Of a stretch of 64,000 nt of DNA, positions 1 to 12,966 are shown piece by piece. Origin of the DNA: the human T2T-CHM13v2.0 reference genome, Homo sapiens; NCBI RefSeq assembly GCF_009914755.1, contig NC_060940.1, one strand, 5' to 3'. Position 1 is the stretch's first letter. Each line of letters begins with the position of its first letter. The position numbers and the translations under genes are program-made. The notes beneath the pieces were generated by a model that saw only the letters and a list, made by a program, of their open reading frames with translations, did not search any database and was not told the origin of the DNA.

Positions 1-764
1 TGAAGTCAATTTGGAAGGTGAATTTGAGGAATTTTACCAGGAGTTTTCATTCAACCTGAGTAATTCACCCATCTTTACTCATTACTTTATCAACTGTCTT
101 GAGTCTAGATTTCTCCCCCCTAGTGCTGTCAAATACTGTATTAATGGACTTTATGTAGAACAACTGTGACATCAAGTGGCCAGCACACATCTATGTCTCC
201 TGGCAGTCCCATCAAAATGGAATCCAGGTTCAATTTTCTGTACGTAGAAAACTAGGCAGATCCTTGAGTCACCATCAATGGTCTTCTCAACCAAGAAAGA
301 GGGTAACATGATGTTAAAAGTTTTTCCCAAAAATTATTTCAATGGTCAAAAAAAAAAAAAAAAACAAAAAGTCCGCTGTGCTCAAAGAAGCAGCTAATTT
401 GGAACATAAATTTTTCTGGCAGATTTTACATCAGAAAGCTTTGAATTTAAATATAAAAAGCCAGGATTTGCTTTCTAGACAGAATGCAATTCTAAAACGT
501 CATGCAAATTTCTTTTTGGAGGAACAAATGCAAACATTTTGAGAAGAGCTCTCAATATGCACATGGCTTTGGGGAAACCATGTGTGAAATACTATTTTGC
601 CTGAGGCAAACTATCTCCCACATTTGTTAAGGAAGAAAATAATAGCCAATATTCTGTATGACTGTTGACGGTATGAATGGTTTTTATCTGCATGGTTCTA
701 CAATACATTGTCAGCTGCTTTTCTGGGAGTTCTGAAACATCATAGGATCCACAAACCGTGCACT

Positions 765-842
765 AGACCATGTCTATTTTTAATATGTACCCTCAAGCAC
801 CTAGTATAGAACTAAGCATCCTAGGGACACTCAAATACTTAT
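765..842 (+). mobile_element. L2 LINE 3'-end fragment
   Basis: Degenerate L2 tail-like text (ccatgtctatttt...caagcacctagtatagaac...actcaaatactt); boundaries approximate. Confidence 0.55.
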
Positions 843-1385
843 TCCCTAACTACCACGTTTACCAATACATCCTCCCCACAACCTCCTTCTGCTGCTTTCC
901 ATGTGCTGAGATGAAGAGGTCTTTCCTTTGTTTCCTTATTCCCTGATTTACACACACTCAATAATTTGCTACCTCCTCCCACATGTTGAAGTACTGGATT
1001 CATTGGTATTGCTTTCTGTTCCACTACCTCATTTTCTTGATTCCTTTTTTTCATTCTTTGGCAAATGCACAGGTAACAAAGGTATTAGACACTGGACACA
1101 GGCTGTCTAGCTGCCCTGTTCAACACAACCTCTGCAATGACCGAAACGCTTCACAGCTCCACTATCCAGCATGGCTGCCACCAGCTGCAGGTGGCTATCG
1201 AGCACCTGAAATGTGGCTAGGGTGACTGTTAGAGAAAGCAGTTAGGCAGACTTGAGCAGTGCAGGAGAGAGCCTCCCTCACCCCCAGGAACGTCAAGTGA
1301 CCATCAGGAGATGGTCAGGCAGTTGTTAAGCTGTCTCTCTAAAATAATAATTGGTCACAGCCAGCAACAAGGAAAGGCAGTCTCC

Positions 1386-1432
<47 letters not shown>

Positions 1433-1440
1433 CAGACAGA
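1386..1440. repeat. (GATA)n(GACA)n tetranucleotide microsatellite inside the LTR
   Basis: Uninterrupted AGAT run of about 11 units followed by GACA units. Confidence 0.97.
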
Positions 1441-1747
1441 AAAAGAAAACACCTGAAGCTGCTGATCAGCAACCTCCAGATAAGATCTCAGGAGATGGGT
1501 GAGTGGGCTTAAGCATGCGCACTAAGAGGAAAAATGGCAGAGTTTAACTGGTATAAGATCTACCTCTAGGAACACTCAACTGGTCAGGGAAAAATGCCCC
1601 AAACGAACACGTACATGACCTGGGTAAACACACTGCGCATGCTCCCCTCCCACGTGCCAGCAGGCCCCTGTGTGTGCGAACAGTCCACCCAAAGGGAAGA
1701 ATCAGAGGAGAAGAGATACAAACCTGGGGATCATGCCAATGTATAAA

Positions 1748-2065
<318 letters not shown>

Positions 2066-2419
2066 TCAAGTTGCCTGCCTGGCCCTCCTCCAAGTGTACA
2101 TTACTTCCTTTTGTTCCTGCTCTAAAACTTTTTAATAAACTCTCACTCCTGCTCAAACTTGGCTTGATCTGTCACTCTGCCTTACACCCCTCGGACAAAT
2201 TCTTTCCTTCAAGGAGGCAAGATTCGAGTTGCTACATATGGATTCGCTACTACCAACGTGACCAAGGAAATGATTTTTGAATTTCATTTCAACTTAATCA
2301 GCAAATTTAAACAGCCATATGTGGCTAATGGGACACCATACTGGACAGCACAAATTTATGGTTTCAGATTAAGAATTTCCAGAAGTTAACATTGATGGTA
2401 GCAAGAGTGCTAAATCGGA

Positions 2420-2595
2420 GACTCTGCTCTGCTTTTCTCTGTATGCCCCTGGGCTGGCCACTTAGCACCTGTGATACCAGCCTCCTCAGCCATAAAGTGG
2501 CAATAATAAAATATACTTACATGGTCATTGTGACGGTTCAAGAAATAAATTTTATAACATGGCCAGCATATAGCGACTGAGCAATAAAAATAGTG
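2420..2595 (+). mobile_element. MIR SINE (degenerate)
   Basis: ccacttagcacctgtga...cataaagtggcaataataaaatatacttacatggtcattgtgacggttcaa resembles MIR core and 3' part. Confidence 0.6.
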
Positions 2596-3107
2596 TCCTT
2601 TCCTTTTTTGTAAATCTACAAAATGAGACTCAGAAAAAGATGTTTTTCAGGGTAATCATCATAATCACATGAAATCATGAATATATTTATAAGCCACAAA
2701 GCATTAAATATGATGTATTGTTAATGTCCTTAGCTGGAAAAAAGTTTAATGTACATTTTTTATTTTTTTCAGTGACCATTATTGTCTTAAGTCTTTCTAT
2801 TCTTTCTAGAATTTTGGCATCATCTTTAAACCCAAACGTTGTATTTCTTTCCGAATATTGTAGGGTGTCACCTTTCCCAGAGACGCCATGAACCCTGGTG
2901 TCTCCAGCCCTCCCCTGCATTCATTTGCACCTCCTCACATTCTGCTACTCTGACCTTCCTGTGAGTTTAAGCACCTACAAGTACTAGAACTTTCTCAGTC
3001 ATGTAAAGAGATTCCATCTCATAACAATTCATTCAATGCCAAAGATGATGGCAGCAAGATTTCCTGGAACTCGTGTATTAGTGTACAAAAGATTAGCATA
3101 ACATCTC

Positions 3108-3236
3108 CCCATTTATCCTAGTCTTCCATTATTGGAACACTAAGCATGTGGGAGTTATTTATATCCTACTGCTCAAGGTCATTTCCAAAGTCTGATTGCA
3201 AAAATTCAAAAAATTGCAACCTCAGGCATCAATGGG
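3108..3236 (+). mobile_element. MER85 piggyBac-family MITE (PGBD3-derived)
   Basis: TIRs CCCATTTAT-CCT / AGGCATCAATGGG, right-hand TTAA at 3237-3240, internal ttccattattggaac and gtgggagttatttatatcctactgctcaaggtca. Confidence 0.93.
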
Positions 3237-4152
3237 TTAATCCTCATATTTTCCATCTGCTGATTCAAATGTTTCCTCTATTCTTTTCTAAACTTTAGTT
3301 TTCTCGTGTGAAAGAAATGGAGCTTCTGAGGTGTACCTCTTAGAAGACGACTATAACAAGGGTATTTTTAAAGCAACTTGGGAAATGTGGAAAGACTTTT
3401 TTGCAAATGGGTCTGCGAACATATAAAGAAAAGCTTCATTCTGAATGTGGAAAATGCCCTGCCTAGGGCAGGGAATAAATATTCTAATTGTCTCATTCAG
3501 CTTATAGACACCATTGATGAAATGCAAAGTCCACTAAGGCAAAGAGAACTATAAAAGACAAAATATGAAACAAATATGGCAAAATGATAAGCTCTGAGAA
3601 ATCTCATTTTAAAACATGAGTTTATGATCCCTTAAACATTTTGGCATATTAGAAGTATTTCACAATTAAAAAGTAGACAAATTTATAATGCATAGCTTCT
3701 CCCTATTCTCTCAGAGAGTTTGCTCTACATCATAAAGTAAAAAGAATCTTCATTCTTCATTTATTGCCTGGCAGTTTGAAAGGGAAGGGTGATTAAAAGT
3801 GGGCTGGATATTTCACACTTATTAGGATGGCATCAAAAGAATGGAAAACAACAAATGTTGGTGATGATGTAACAAGATTGGAACCCTTGTACATTGCAGA
3901 TGGGAAGGTAAAATGGCACAGCCACTGTGGAAAACAGTAGTTCCCTACAAAGTTAAACGCAGAAATGCCATAGGATCCAGTAATTCTGCTTCTAGGTATA
4001 TACCCAAAATAATTGAAAACAGGAACTCAAACAGATAATTTTATGCTAATGTTCATAGCAACATTATTCACAACAGCCAAAAGGTAGAAACAACCCAAAT
4101 GTCCATCAACAATAAGTAAACAAAATGTGGCGTATACGTTCAATTATAACAG

Positions 4153-4337
4153 ATCCTTGCCAGCATTTATTATTTTTTCGTCTTTCAGATTATAGCCATT
4201 CTGACTGGGGTGAGATGATTGTCTCGCTGAGGTTTTGATTTGCATTTCCCTGATGATGAGTAGAGTTGAGCATTTTGGGTGTTTGCGCGTCTTCTTTTGA
4301 GAAATGTCTGTTTAGATCCTTTGCCTATTTTAAATCA
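4153..4337 (-). mobile_element. Short L1MA fragment, apparent local copy of 8090-8273
   Basis: About 91% identical by manual alignment to 8090-8273, including a shared internal deletion. Confidence 0.85.
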
Positions 4338-4633
4338 TGTACATGTACTACAACATGGATAAAACTTGAAAACATTATGCTACGTGAAATAAGCCAGGCA
4401 CAAAAGGATATTATACAATTCTAGGATCAGATACCTAGAACAGGCAAATTCGTAGAGATAGAAAATATAACAGTGGTTAACCAGGGGCAGAAGATGGGGA
4501 GAATGAGGAGTTACTGTTTAATGGGTGTGAAATTTTTGCTTGGAATGGTAGAAAAGCTGGATACTGGTTATGGTTGCCTAACATGATGAATATACTTATT
4601 GTCACAGAATTGTACCCTTAAAAACAGTTAACG

Positions 4634-4953
4634 GGCCGGGCGCGGTGGCTCATGCCTGTAATCCCAGCATTTTGAGAGGCCGAGGTTGGCGGATCACCCG
4701 AGGAATGGGAGTTCGAGACCAGCCTGACAAACATGGAGAAACCCCGTCTCTACTAAAAATACAAAATTAGCTGGGCGCGGTGGCGCATGCCTGTAATCCC
4801 AGCTACTCAGGAGGCTGAGGCAGGAGAATTACTTGAACCCAGGAGGTAGAGGTTGTGGTGAGCCGAGATTGCGCCATTGCACTCTAGGCTGGGCAAAGAG
4901 AGCAAAACTCCAACTCAAAAAAAAAAAAAAAAAAAAAAAAAAACACACACACA
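4634..4953 (+). mobile_element. AluSp-like SINE, full length, poly(A) plus (CA)n tail
   Basis: GGCCGGGCGCGGTGGCTCA start, cctgac..acatggagaaacccc diagnostic, TSD AACAGTTAAC on both sides. Confidence 0.97.
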
Positions 4954-5474
4954 CAACAGTTAACATTGTACATTTTTTGTTAGCTATATTTTACCACGAT
5001 TTTTAAAAATCAACACTCAGGAAGGAAAAAAAGAACTGAGAGAGAGGCCTCTCTCCCTCTTTGGGAACCCTGGAATGGAGAAAAGAAAAAAATACAAATG
5101 AAGGAATTGATAAAGAAAGAGACAGTGAGCAGCAGCAAGCCAGCAACATAGCTGGGCTTATGGTGAAAAAGCTGGTGACAAATCCTCAGGCAATCTGGGA
5201 ACATTTATAAAGAGTGAATGTTAGTCTAGAATTCCAACTATTCCTCACTGTGCAATGTAATCACTCTCCCTGACCCTCAAACCTTGACTAAGTCTGCCAC
5301 ACACAGCAGCCATGTTTTTCTGGTGATGTAGAATGAAAGGAGAGAAACAATGTCTGGCAAATAAGCAAAGTGGAGGTAGGAAAAGGGTAGAAACTAGACT
5401 GAGGTGCCCCGGAAATTTTGAGAATTAACACTGAGTGTAAGACCTCAAAAATCCTCAGAAAACTTGAATGGACA

Positions 5475-5828
5475 TGTATTAGTCCATTTTCATGCTGCTG
5501 ATAAAGACATACCTGAGACCAGGCAATTTACAAAAGAAAGAGGTTGAATTGGACTTACAGTTCCACGTGACTGGGGAAGACTCACAATCATGGTGGAAGA
5601 CAAGGAGAAGCAAGTCATGTCTTACATGGATGGCAGGAAGCATACAGAAAGTTTGTGCAGGGAACTCCCATTTTTAAAACCATCAGATCCCGTGAGGCTC
5701 ATTCACTACCACGAGGAGAGCACAGGAAAGACCTGCCTCCATAATTTAATTACCTCCCACTGGCCCCCTCCTACAACATATGGAAATTCAAGATGAGATT
5801 TGGATGGGGACACAGCCAAACCATATCA
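5475..5828 (-). mobile_element. THE1 (THE1C-like) MaLR solo LTR
   Basis: tgtattagtccattttcatgctgctgataaagacatacc ... ggggacacagccaaaccatatca; 5-bp TSD GGACA/GGGCA. Confidence 0.93.
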
Positions 5829-7302
5829 GGGCATAAGATTTTAAACAGACACAAATTAAGATTTAAGTACAATTCCACGCAACAAGACAATGACAGAAGA
5901 GTAGGACAGAGTGACGCAGGTGTCTGGGAAGTCCAGGCAATGAGTAAACATCAAAACATCCACACAAGATGAGTGGAATAAAGCAGAGACAGTAGCAGAT
6001 TCAAGGCACTCAAAATTGAGGGAATTTGCCCATTCTCATATAAAATGGATTAGAAATGATCAATCTCAACCTCAAGGCAAGAGTTATGCCCAAAGTAGAA
6101 AACAGGCAAACAGGAGATTCTAGCTGAGGTGAAAAATACTTTTTAAGATAAAGTCACCCATTTGGCAGGAAGATCTCAGCCACTAGATCCCTGTGCTAAG
6201 ATATGGGCCTTGGAAACAGAGACCTTGGTGGAGAATCATTGAAAGGAAGCGGATAGTTCTATGATACAAGCAAGTTGCCAGAGCAGCAAAAAGTTTAATA
6301 GAAAGAACCAAAGAAGAGAATAGGTCTCTTAGGATCACATCAGCTCTGGGGAATGGGAAGATTATGTGCATGCCCTAGGCTACGTCAGCTCAGGGGCAAT
6401 CAGAGACAGGCAGGAGGCAGACTTGAAAGTACTCTCCAAAATGCATACAGACCCATCAGCTAGGGAGGGAGTCTCACTAGCACATGGGCTTAAACACAAC
6501 CTTTGACCAAACACTGAATGAACAATCATCTACTGTAAACCAGGGCAATCCTAAGTAGCCAGGCGAAAGGACTTTTTTTTTAAGGGGTGAGGAAAGGTGA
6601 GTCTTAGCAAGGCCATCAGAGAATACACACTACAAGAGAAATAGACTTTGCAGAATTATTTCAGCAAAGTCACTAAACAAATTTTAAAAACGACCAAGTA
6701 AACAACAGCAAGAACCCCCAAGAAAAGGTGTCAATATCCAGATTTGCTCCATTATCTGATCTTCTCCCAAAAATTATGAAACATGCAAAGAAACAAGGAA
6801 GTGTGATCCATACACAGGGGGAGAAAATCAGTAAATAAAAATTGCTTTCAAGTGCCCCAGATTGTAGACTATGCAGACAAAGACTTCAAAACAGCTATTA
6901 TGAATATGTTTGAAAATTACAGGAAACCAGTCTTAAAGAATTGTAAGGTAAGATGACAATGACTCATAAAATGGAGACTATCAATAAAGAGATAAAAACC
7001 ATTACAAAGAATCAAGTGGAAATTCTGGAATTGAAAAACACAATAATCAAAATGAAATAATTACTAGGGGGGCTCGAGAGGGGCTGGAAGAAGAAAAAAT
7101 GTGCAAACTAGAAGAGATATTAATAGAGATTATGCAATGTGATACGCAGAGGAAAAAAACGAATAAAAATAAGAACTTCAGAGAAATGTAGGATACCACT
7201 AAGTGCACCAATATACACGTCATGGACTACCAGAAGGAGAGTTGTGAGAGAGGAGAACAGAAAAAATATTTGAAGAAATAATAGCTGAAAATTTCTCACA
7301 TT

Positions 7303-8281
7303 TTGTTCTGATTTTTTTCATTTTTAGGTGACATATAAAACTTGTATATATTTATGAGATTCAGAATGATGTACCAATACATGTATACAATGTATAATGA
7401 ACGAATCAGGGTAATTAGCATATCACATCAAACATTTATCATTTCCGTTATGAACATTCAAGTCTCTCTTCTAGCTTTCTGGAAATATATGTTAAATTAT
7501 TGTTAGTCATACTCACCTTACAGTGCCACAGAACCCTTGAACTTATTCCTTCTTTCTACCTGTAACTTGTATCCATTATCCAACCTTTCTCTATTCTCTC
7601 CTCCCCCAACCCTTCCCAACCTCAAATAACCACAATTCTATGCTATACCTCTATGAGCTCAATTTTCTTTTAGCTCCCACTTATGAGAGCATGCAGTATT
7701 TATCTTTATGACTTATTTCACTAAACATAATGTCCTCCACTTTCATCTATGTTGCCACAAATGACAAGATTTCATTGTTTTTTATGGCTGAAGAGTATTC
7801 TGTTGTATATATATATGCCACATTTTCTTTATCCATTAATCTGTTGATAGAAATTTAGGTTGATTCCATATCTTGACTATTATGAATAGTGCTACAATAA
7901 ACACAGGGGTGCAACTGTCCCTTTGCTACACTGATTTCCTTTCTTTTGGATAAACACCCAGTAGTGAGATTGCTAAATTTTATGGTAGTTCTATTTTTAG
8001 TTTTTTGAGATACCTGTATGCTGTTTTCCACAATGGCTGTACTAATTTACATTCTGACCAACAGTATGTAAGACTTTCCTTTTCTCCACATCCTTGCCAG
8101 CATTTGTTATTTTTTGGTCTTTCAGGTAATAGCCATTGTAACTGGGGTGAGATGATTATCTCGTTGAGGTTTTCATTTGCATTTCCCTGCTGATGAGTAG
8201 AGTTGAGCATTTTGGGTGTTGCATGTCTTCTTTTGAGAAATGTCTATTTAGATCCTTTGCACATTTTAAATCAAATTATTT
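7303..8281 (-). mobile_element. L1MA-type LINE 3' end inserted into the older L1 ORF1
   Basis: Antisense L1MA 3'UTR text; flanking TSD-like GAAAATTTCTCACATTT / GAAAACTTCTCAAATTT. Confidence 0.9.
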
Positions 8282-10213
8282 AGAAAACTTCTCAAATTTG
8301 ACAAAAAAACACATTAACCTACACACAAAGAATCTCAACCAACTCTAAGTAGGAACAACTTAAAGAGGTCCAAGCCAGACATATAATCAAACTATTGAAA
8401 CCCAAAGATTAAAAAAAAATATTGAAAGCACAAGAGAAAAACAACTCCTCATGAACAAGGGAATCTTAAAATGATAACGCCTGACTTCTCATGAGAAACA
8501 GTGGAGGCAGAAGGCAATAAGATGACATTCAAGTTACTAAAAGTATAAACTGTCAACCAAGAATCTTATAACCAGCAAAACTATACTTTAAAAATGAAGA
8601 TAAGAGATATTCCCAGATGAACAAAAACTGAAATAATTTGCTGCCAGTAGACCTGCCATACAAGGAATACTGAAAGAAGTTCTTCAGGCTGAAAGCCAAT
8701 GACTGACGTCAGACAGAAATTCAAAATTACAAAAAAATTGAATGCCAGTAGAGGTAACTATGTAGGTAATTGCAAAAGACAATATAATTCCATCTTTCTT
8801 GTCTTAACTGATTTTAAAAGCAACTGCAAGTAGTAAATATATAATTGTATTGTTGGTCCTGTAACATAAAAATAACAGCACAAAGGAGGCAGGTAGGAAG
8901 ACTTTATATTGGAGTAAGAAAATAGTATCAGATGGTAAATGAAGTCTACATTACAAAGTAAAGAGAAGCAGAAGGAGTAAATCAAAAAAATTAACATAAC
9001 AAGCTCTATAAACATAATCTTGCCATCCCTCCTTCTCTCAGTTTCTTTAAAGGAGATACAATGTAGTGTTGGGTTAATAAAATGTATAGATTTAATATGT
9101 ATAATAATAGCACAAAAAGGAGGAGAACATGTTCCAAATTAGGAAAAGTTTTTAGAGTTCATTGAAACAAAGTCAGAATAAATCTGAAGTAGATTCTGAT
9201 AAGATGTATAATTATAAACCATATAGTATATACAAAATAACCCAAAAAACAGAATTTGAGTCTTTAATGGAATTAAGATGTTACACTAGAAAATATCTAA
9301 TAGTTAAAAAGAACACGTGGAGGAGTACAGAAAAAAACACATGAAACATATAGAAAAACAAAAAAGCAAAATGGTAGATGTAATTTCAATGATCCAAACA
9401 GACTGAAGCAAGATAACAGAAAAAGACACATCATACAAACAACAACAATAAAAGAGATGCAATATGGAATAGCTACCTTAATATCAGATCAAACTGACTT
9501 TAAAAACAAAAAAGCTACTGCAGATAAATAGGGATATTTTATGGAGATAAAAGGGCCCAGCCATCAGGAATATGTAGCAATAATAAACATGTGTGCTTAA
9601 CAACAAAGCCCCAAAATACACGAAGCAGTCTTCAGTTTTACAAAATAAAGGGAAAAATGGACAGTTCAATAACAATAAAGGGAATCTTTAAAATCTCATT
9701 TTCATTTATGCATAGAAGATCTACAAGGAGATAAATATTTGAACAACACTATAAACCACCTAACAGACTCCTATGAACACTCTACCCAATAGCAGCCAAA
9801 TTCATATTCTTCTCAAGTACACATGAAACATTCTCCAAGATAAACCATATGCTAGGCCATAAAATGAATCTCAATACATTTTAAAATATTGCAATTATAC
9901 AAAGTATGTTCTCTGACCATAATGGAATTAGATTAAATCAATAACAAAGAAATTTGGAAAATTCAAAATATATGGACATTAAACAGCATGTTCCTAAATA
10001 GCCAATAGGCTAAAGAAGAAATCACAAAGAAAATTAGAAACTACTTTGAAAGAAATGAAAACAAAGGCACAACATACCAAAATTTATAGGATGCTGTTAA
10101 AGCAGTACTCAGAAAGAAATTTATAGATGTAACTACTCATATTATAAAATAAGATAGATCTCAAATCAATAACCTAGGCTTCAATTTAAGAAACCAAAAA
10201 AGAAGAGCAAACT

Positions 10214-10598
<385 letters not shown>

Positions 10599-11219
10599 TT
10601 AAAAAATTAACATTTAGCTAGACTTGTCAAGAAAAAAAAGAAGACACAAATTATTAAGATCAGAATGACAGAAGGGATGTTGCTACCCATCTTAAATAAT
10701 TTTTTCTTTGTTTTAGGGGAATACTATGAACAGCTGTATGCCAAAAGTTAGGTAATTTAGAGAAGAGGGGAAAAGTCATAGAAGGACACCAATTACCTAA
10801 ACTGATTGAAAAAAAGATAGAAAATCTGAATAGACCTATAGAAAGTAGAGATCAAATTAGCAATCTTACAACTTCCCACAAGTAAGGCCCAGGCCCACAT
10901 GGTTTTACTGATGAATTCTACCAAACACTCAAGAAAGATTTAGTACTTATTCTTTCACAAACTCTTCAAAAAAGAGGAGGGAACACATTTTCACCAATTG
11001 TATGAGGCCAGTGTTACCCTGACACCAAAACAAAAGACATAACAAGAAAACAAACCACAGACCAACATCCCCTATGACTACAGACACAAAAATCCTCAAC
11101 AAAATACAGGTGGCCCTCCATATCCATGGGTTCAGCATCCATGGATTCAACCAATTGCAGATCAAAAATATCCCAAAAAATTTAAACTAATAACACAACA
11201 ATAAAAAATATATAAATTA

Positions 11220-11485
11220 GGCCAGGTGCAATGGCTCATGCCTATAATCCCAACACTTTGGGAGATCAAGGTGGGCAGATTGCTTAAGCCCAGGAGTTTG
11301 AGACCAGCCTGGGCAACATGGCAAAACCCCATATCTACAAAAAAAAAAAAAAAAAAAACCTCACAAAAATTAGCCAGGCATGGTGGCATATGCCTGTAGC
11401 CCCAGCTACTTGGAAGGTTAAGGTAGGAAGGTCACCTGAGCCCTCTGGGGAGGTCAAAGATGCAGTGAGTCAGCCTGGGTGATGG
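11220..11485 (+). mobile_element. AluJ SINE lacking its 3' end and tail
   Basis: ttgcttaagcccaggagtttgagaccagcctgggcaacatgg (AluJ diagnostic); runs directly into MST sequence. Confidence 0.92.
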
Positions 11486-11486
11486 T

Positions 11487-11830
11487 GAACTACCTCAGGC
11501 TGGGTAATTTAAAAGAAAAGAGGTTTAATTGGCTCATAGTTCAGCAGACCTTACAGGTTCTGTGGGGAGGGCTCAGGAAAGTCACAATCATGGCAGAAGG
11601 CAAAGGGGAAGCAGGCAACATCTTAGATGCCAGAGCAAGAGGAAGAGAGCAAAGAGGGAGGTGCTACACACTTTGAAACAAACAGATCTCATGATAACTC
11701 ACTATCACAAGAACAGCAAGGGGGAAATCTGCCTCCATGATCCAATCACCTCCCACCAGGCCTCTTCTCAATACTGGGGATTACAGTTCAACATGAGATT
11801 TGGTTGGGGACACAAATCCAAACCATGTCA
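11487..11830 (-). mobile_element. MST (MSTA-like) MaLR LTR, truncated at one end
   Basis: gaactacctcaggctgggtaattt...gaggtttaattggctca...ggggacacaaatccaaaccatgtca. Confidence 0.9.
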
Positions 11831-12347
11831 GCATCTGACGAAGGACCAATATCCAGAATCTATAAGAAACTTAAATAACTCAACAAGCAAAAAACAAATA
11901 ACCCTATTAAAAAAGTAGGCAAAAGACATGAATAGACACTTCTTAAAAGAAGACATGTAAGTGGCCAACAAACATATAAAAAAATGCTCACATCACCAAT
12001 CATTAGAGAAAAGCAAATCAAAACCACAATGAGATAGCACCTCACACCAGTCAGAATGGCTATTATTAAAAAGTCAAAAAATTACAGGTGCTGGTAAGGT
12101 TGCAGAGAAAAGGGAACACTTATACACTGCTGGTAGGAGTTCAGCCATTGTGGAAAGCAATCTGAAGATTTCTCAAAGAATTTAAAACTGAATTACCATT
12201 CAGCCCAGCAATCCCATCACTGGGTATATACCCAAAGGAAAATAAATCCTTCTACAAAAAATACACATGCACTCCTATGTTCATCACAGCACTATTGACA
12301 ATAGCAAAGACATGGAATCAACCTAAATACCCATCAGTGGTAGATTA

Positions 12348-12379
<32 letters not shown>

Positions 12380-12745
12380 CGTGGTATATAAATACCACAG
12401 CCGTAAAAAAAGAATGAAATTATGTCCTTTGCAGCAACATGAATGCAGCTGGAGGCCATCAGCCTAAGTGAATTAATGCAGGAACAGAAAACAAAATATT
12501 GTATGTTCTCACTTACAAGTGGGAACTAAACATTGGGTACACATGGAGATGAAGATGGGAAAAACAGACACTGGGACTACTGGCGGGGGATATGGTGAGA
12601 GAATCAAGGGTTATAAAACTACCTGCTCACTACCTGAATGACAGAATCATTCATACCCAAACCTCAGCATCGTGCAATATACCCATGTAACAAACATGCA
12701 TATGTACTCCCTGAATCTAAAAGTTGAAATTGTTAAAAAATTAAA
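11831..12745 (+). mobile_element. L1PA15/16-like LINE 3' end with an expanded internal A-tract (12351-12379)
   Basis: ctcacaccagtcagaatggctattattaaaaagtcaaaaa; aacctcagcatc...acccatgtaacaaac...ccctgaatctaaaa. Confidence 0.9.
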
Positions 12746-12895
12746 TAAAGTATACAGAAGGAGGCATGTAGGCTATATGCAAATAATATACCATTTTATA
12801 TAAGGATCTTGAGCATCTGCAGATGTTGGTATCCATGGGGAGTCCTAAAATAAATCCTCCACAGATGCTGACAGACAACTGTACTGGCAAATCTA

Positions 12896-12933
12896 TTAGG
12901 TTGGTGCAAAAGAAACTGAGGTTTTTTCCATAA
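12896..12933 (+). mobile_element. Hsmar1/MADE1 solo terminal inverted repeat
   Basis: TA-TTAGGTTGGTGCAAAAGAAACTGAGGTTTTTTCCATAA-TA interrupting L1 sequence (gcaaatc|ta...ta|attcagcaacat). Confidence 0.85.
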
Positions 12934-12966
12934 TAATTCAGCAACATATAAAAAGAAATATACACT

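Larger units (their letters stand above)
3808..5010 (+). mobile_element. L1MB-type LINE 3' end, interrupted by an inverted L1 piece (4153-4337) and an Alu
   Basis: ORF2 C-terminal/3'UTR text (ctaggtatatacccaaaataattgaaaacagg, aaacaacccaaatgtccatcaac, gaaaacattatgcta, ttttaccacgatttttaaaaa). Confidence 0.88.
11107..12881 (-). mobile_element. MER2-like TcMar-Tigger MITE, ends at 11107-11219 and 12745-12881, interior occupied by Alu/MST/L1PA
   Basis: CAGGTGGCCCTCCATATCC... and ...ACAGACAACTG termini with TA duplication (11105-6, 12882-3); host L1 resumes in register (aacaaaata|ctggcaaa). Confidence 0.88.

Noticed and set aside
8704-8711. Perfect CRE palindrome TGACGTCA
   Set aside because: Single 8-mer inside a decayed L1 with no supporting context; compatible with chance in 64 kb.
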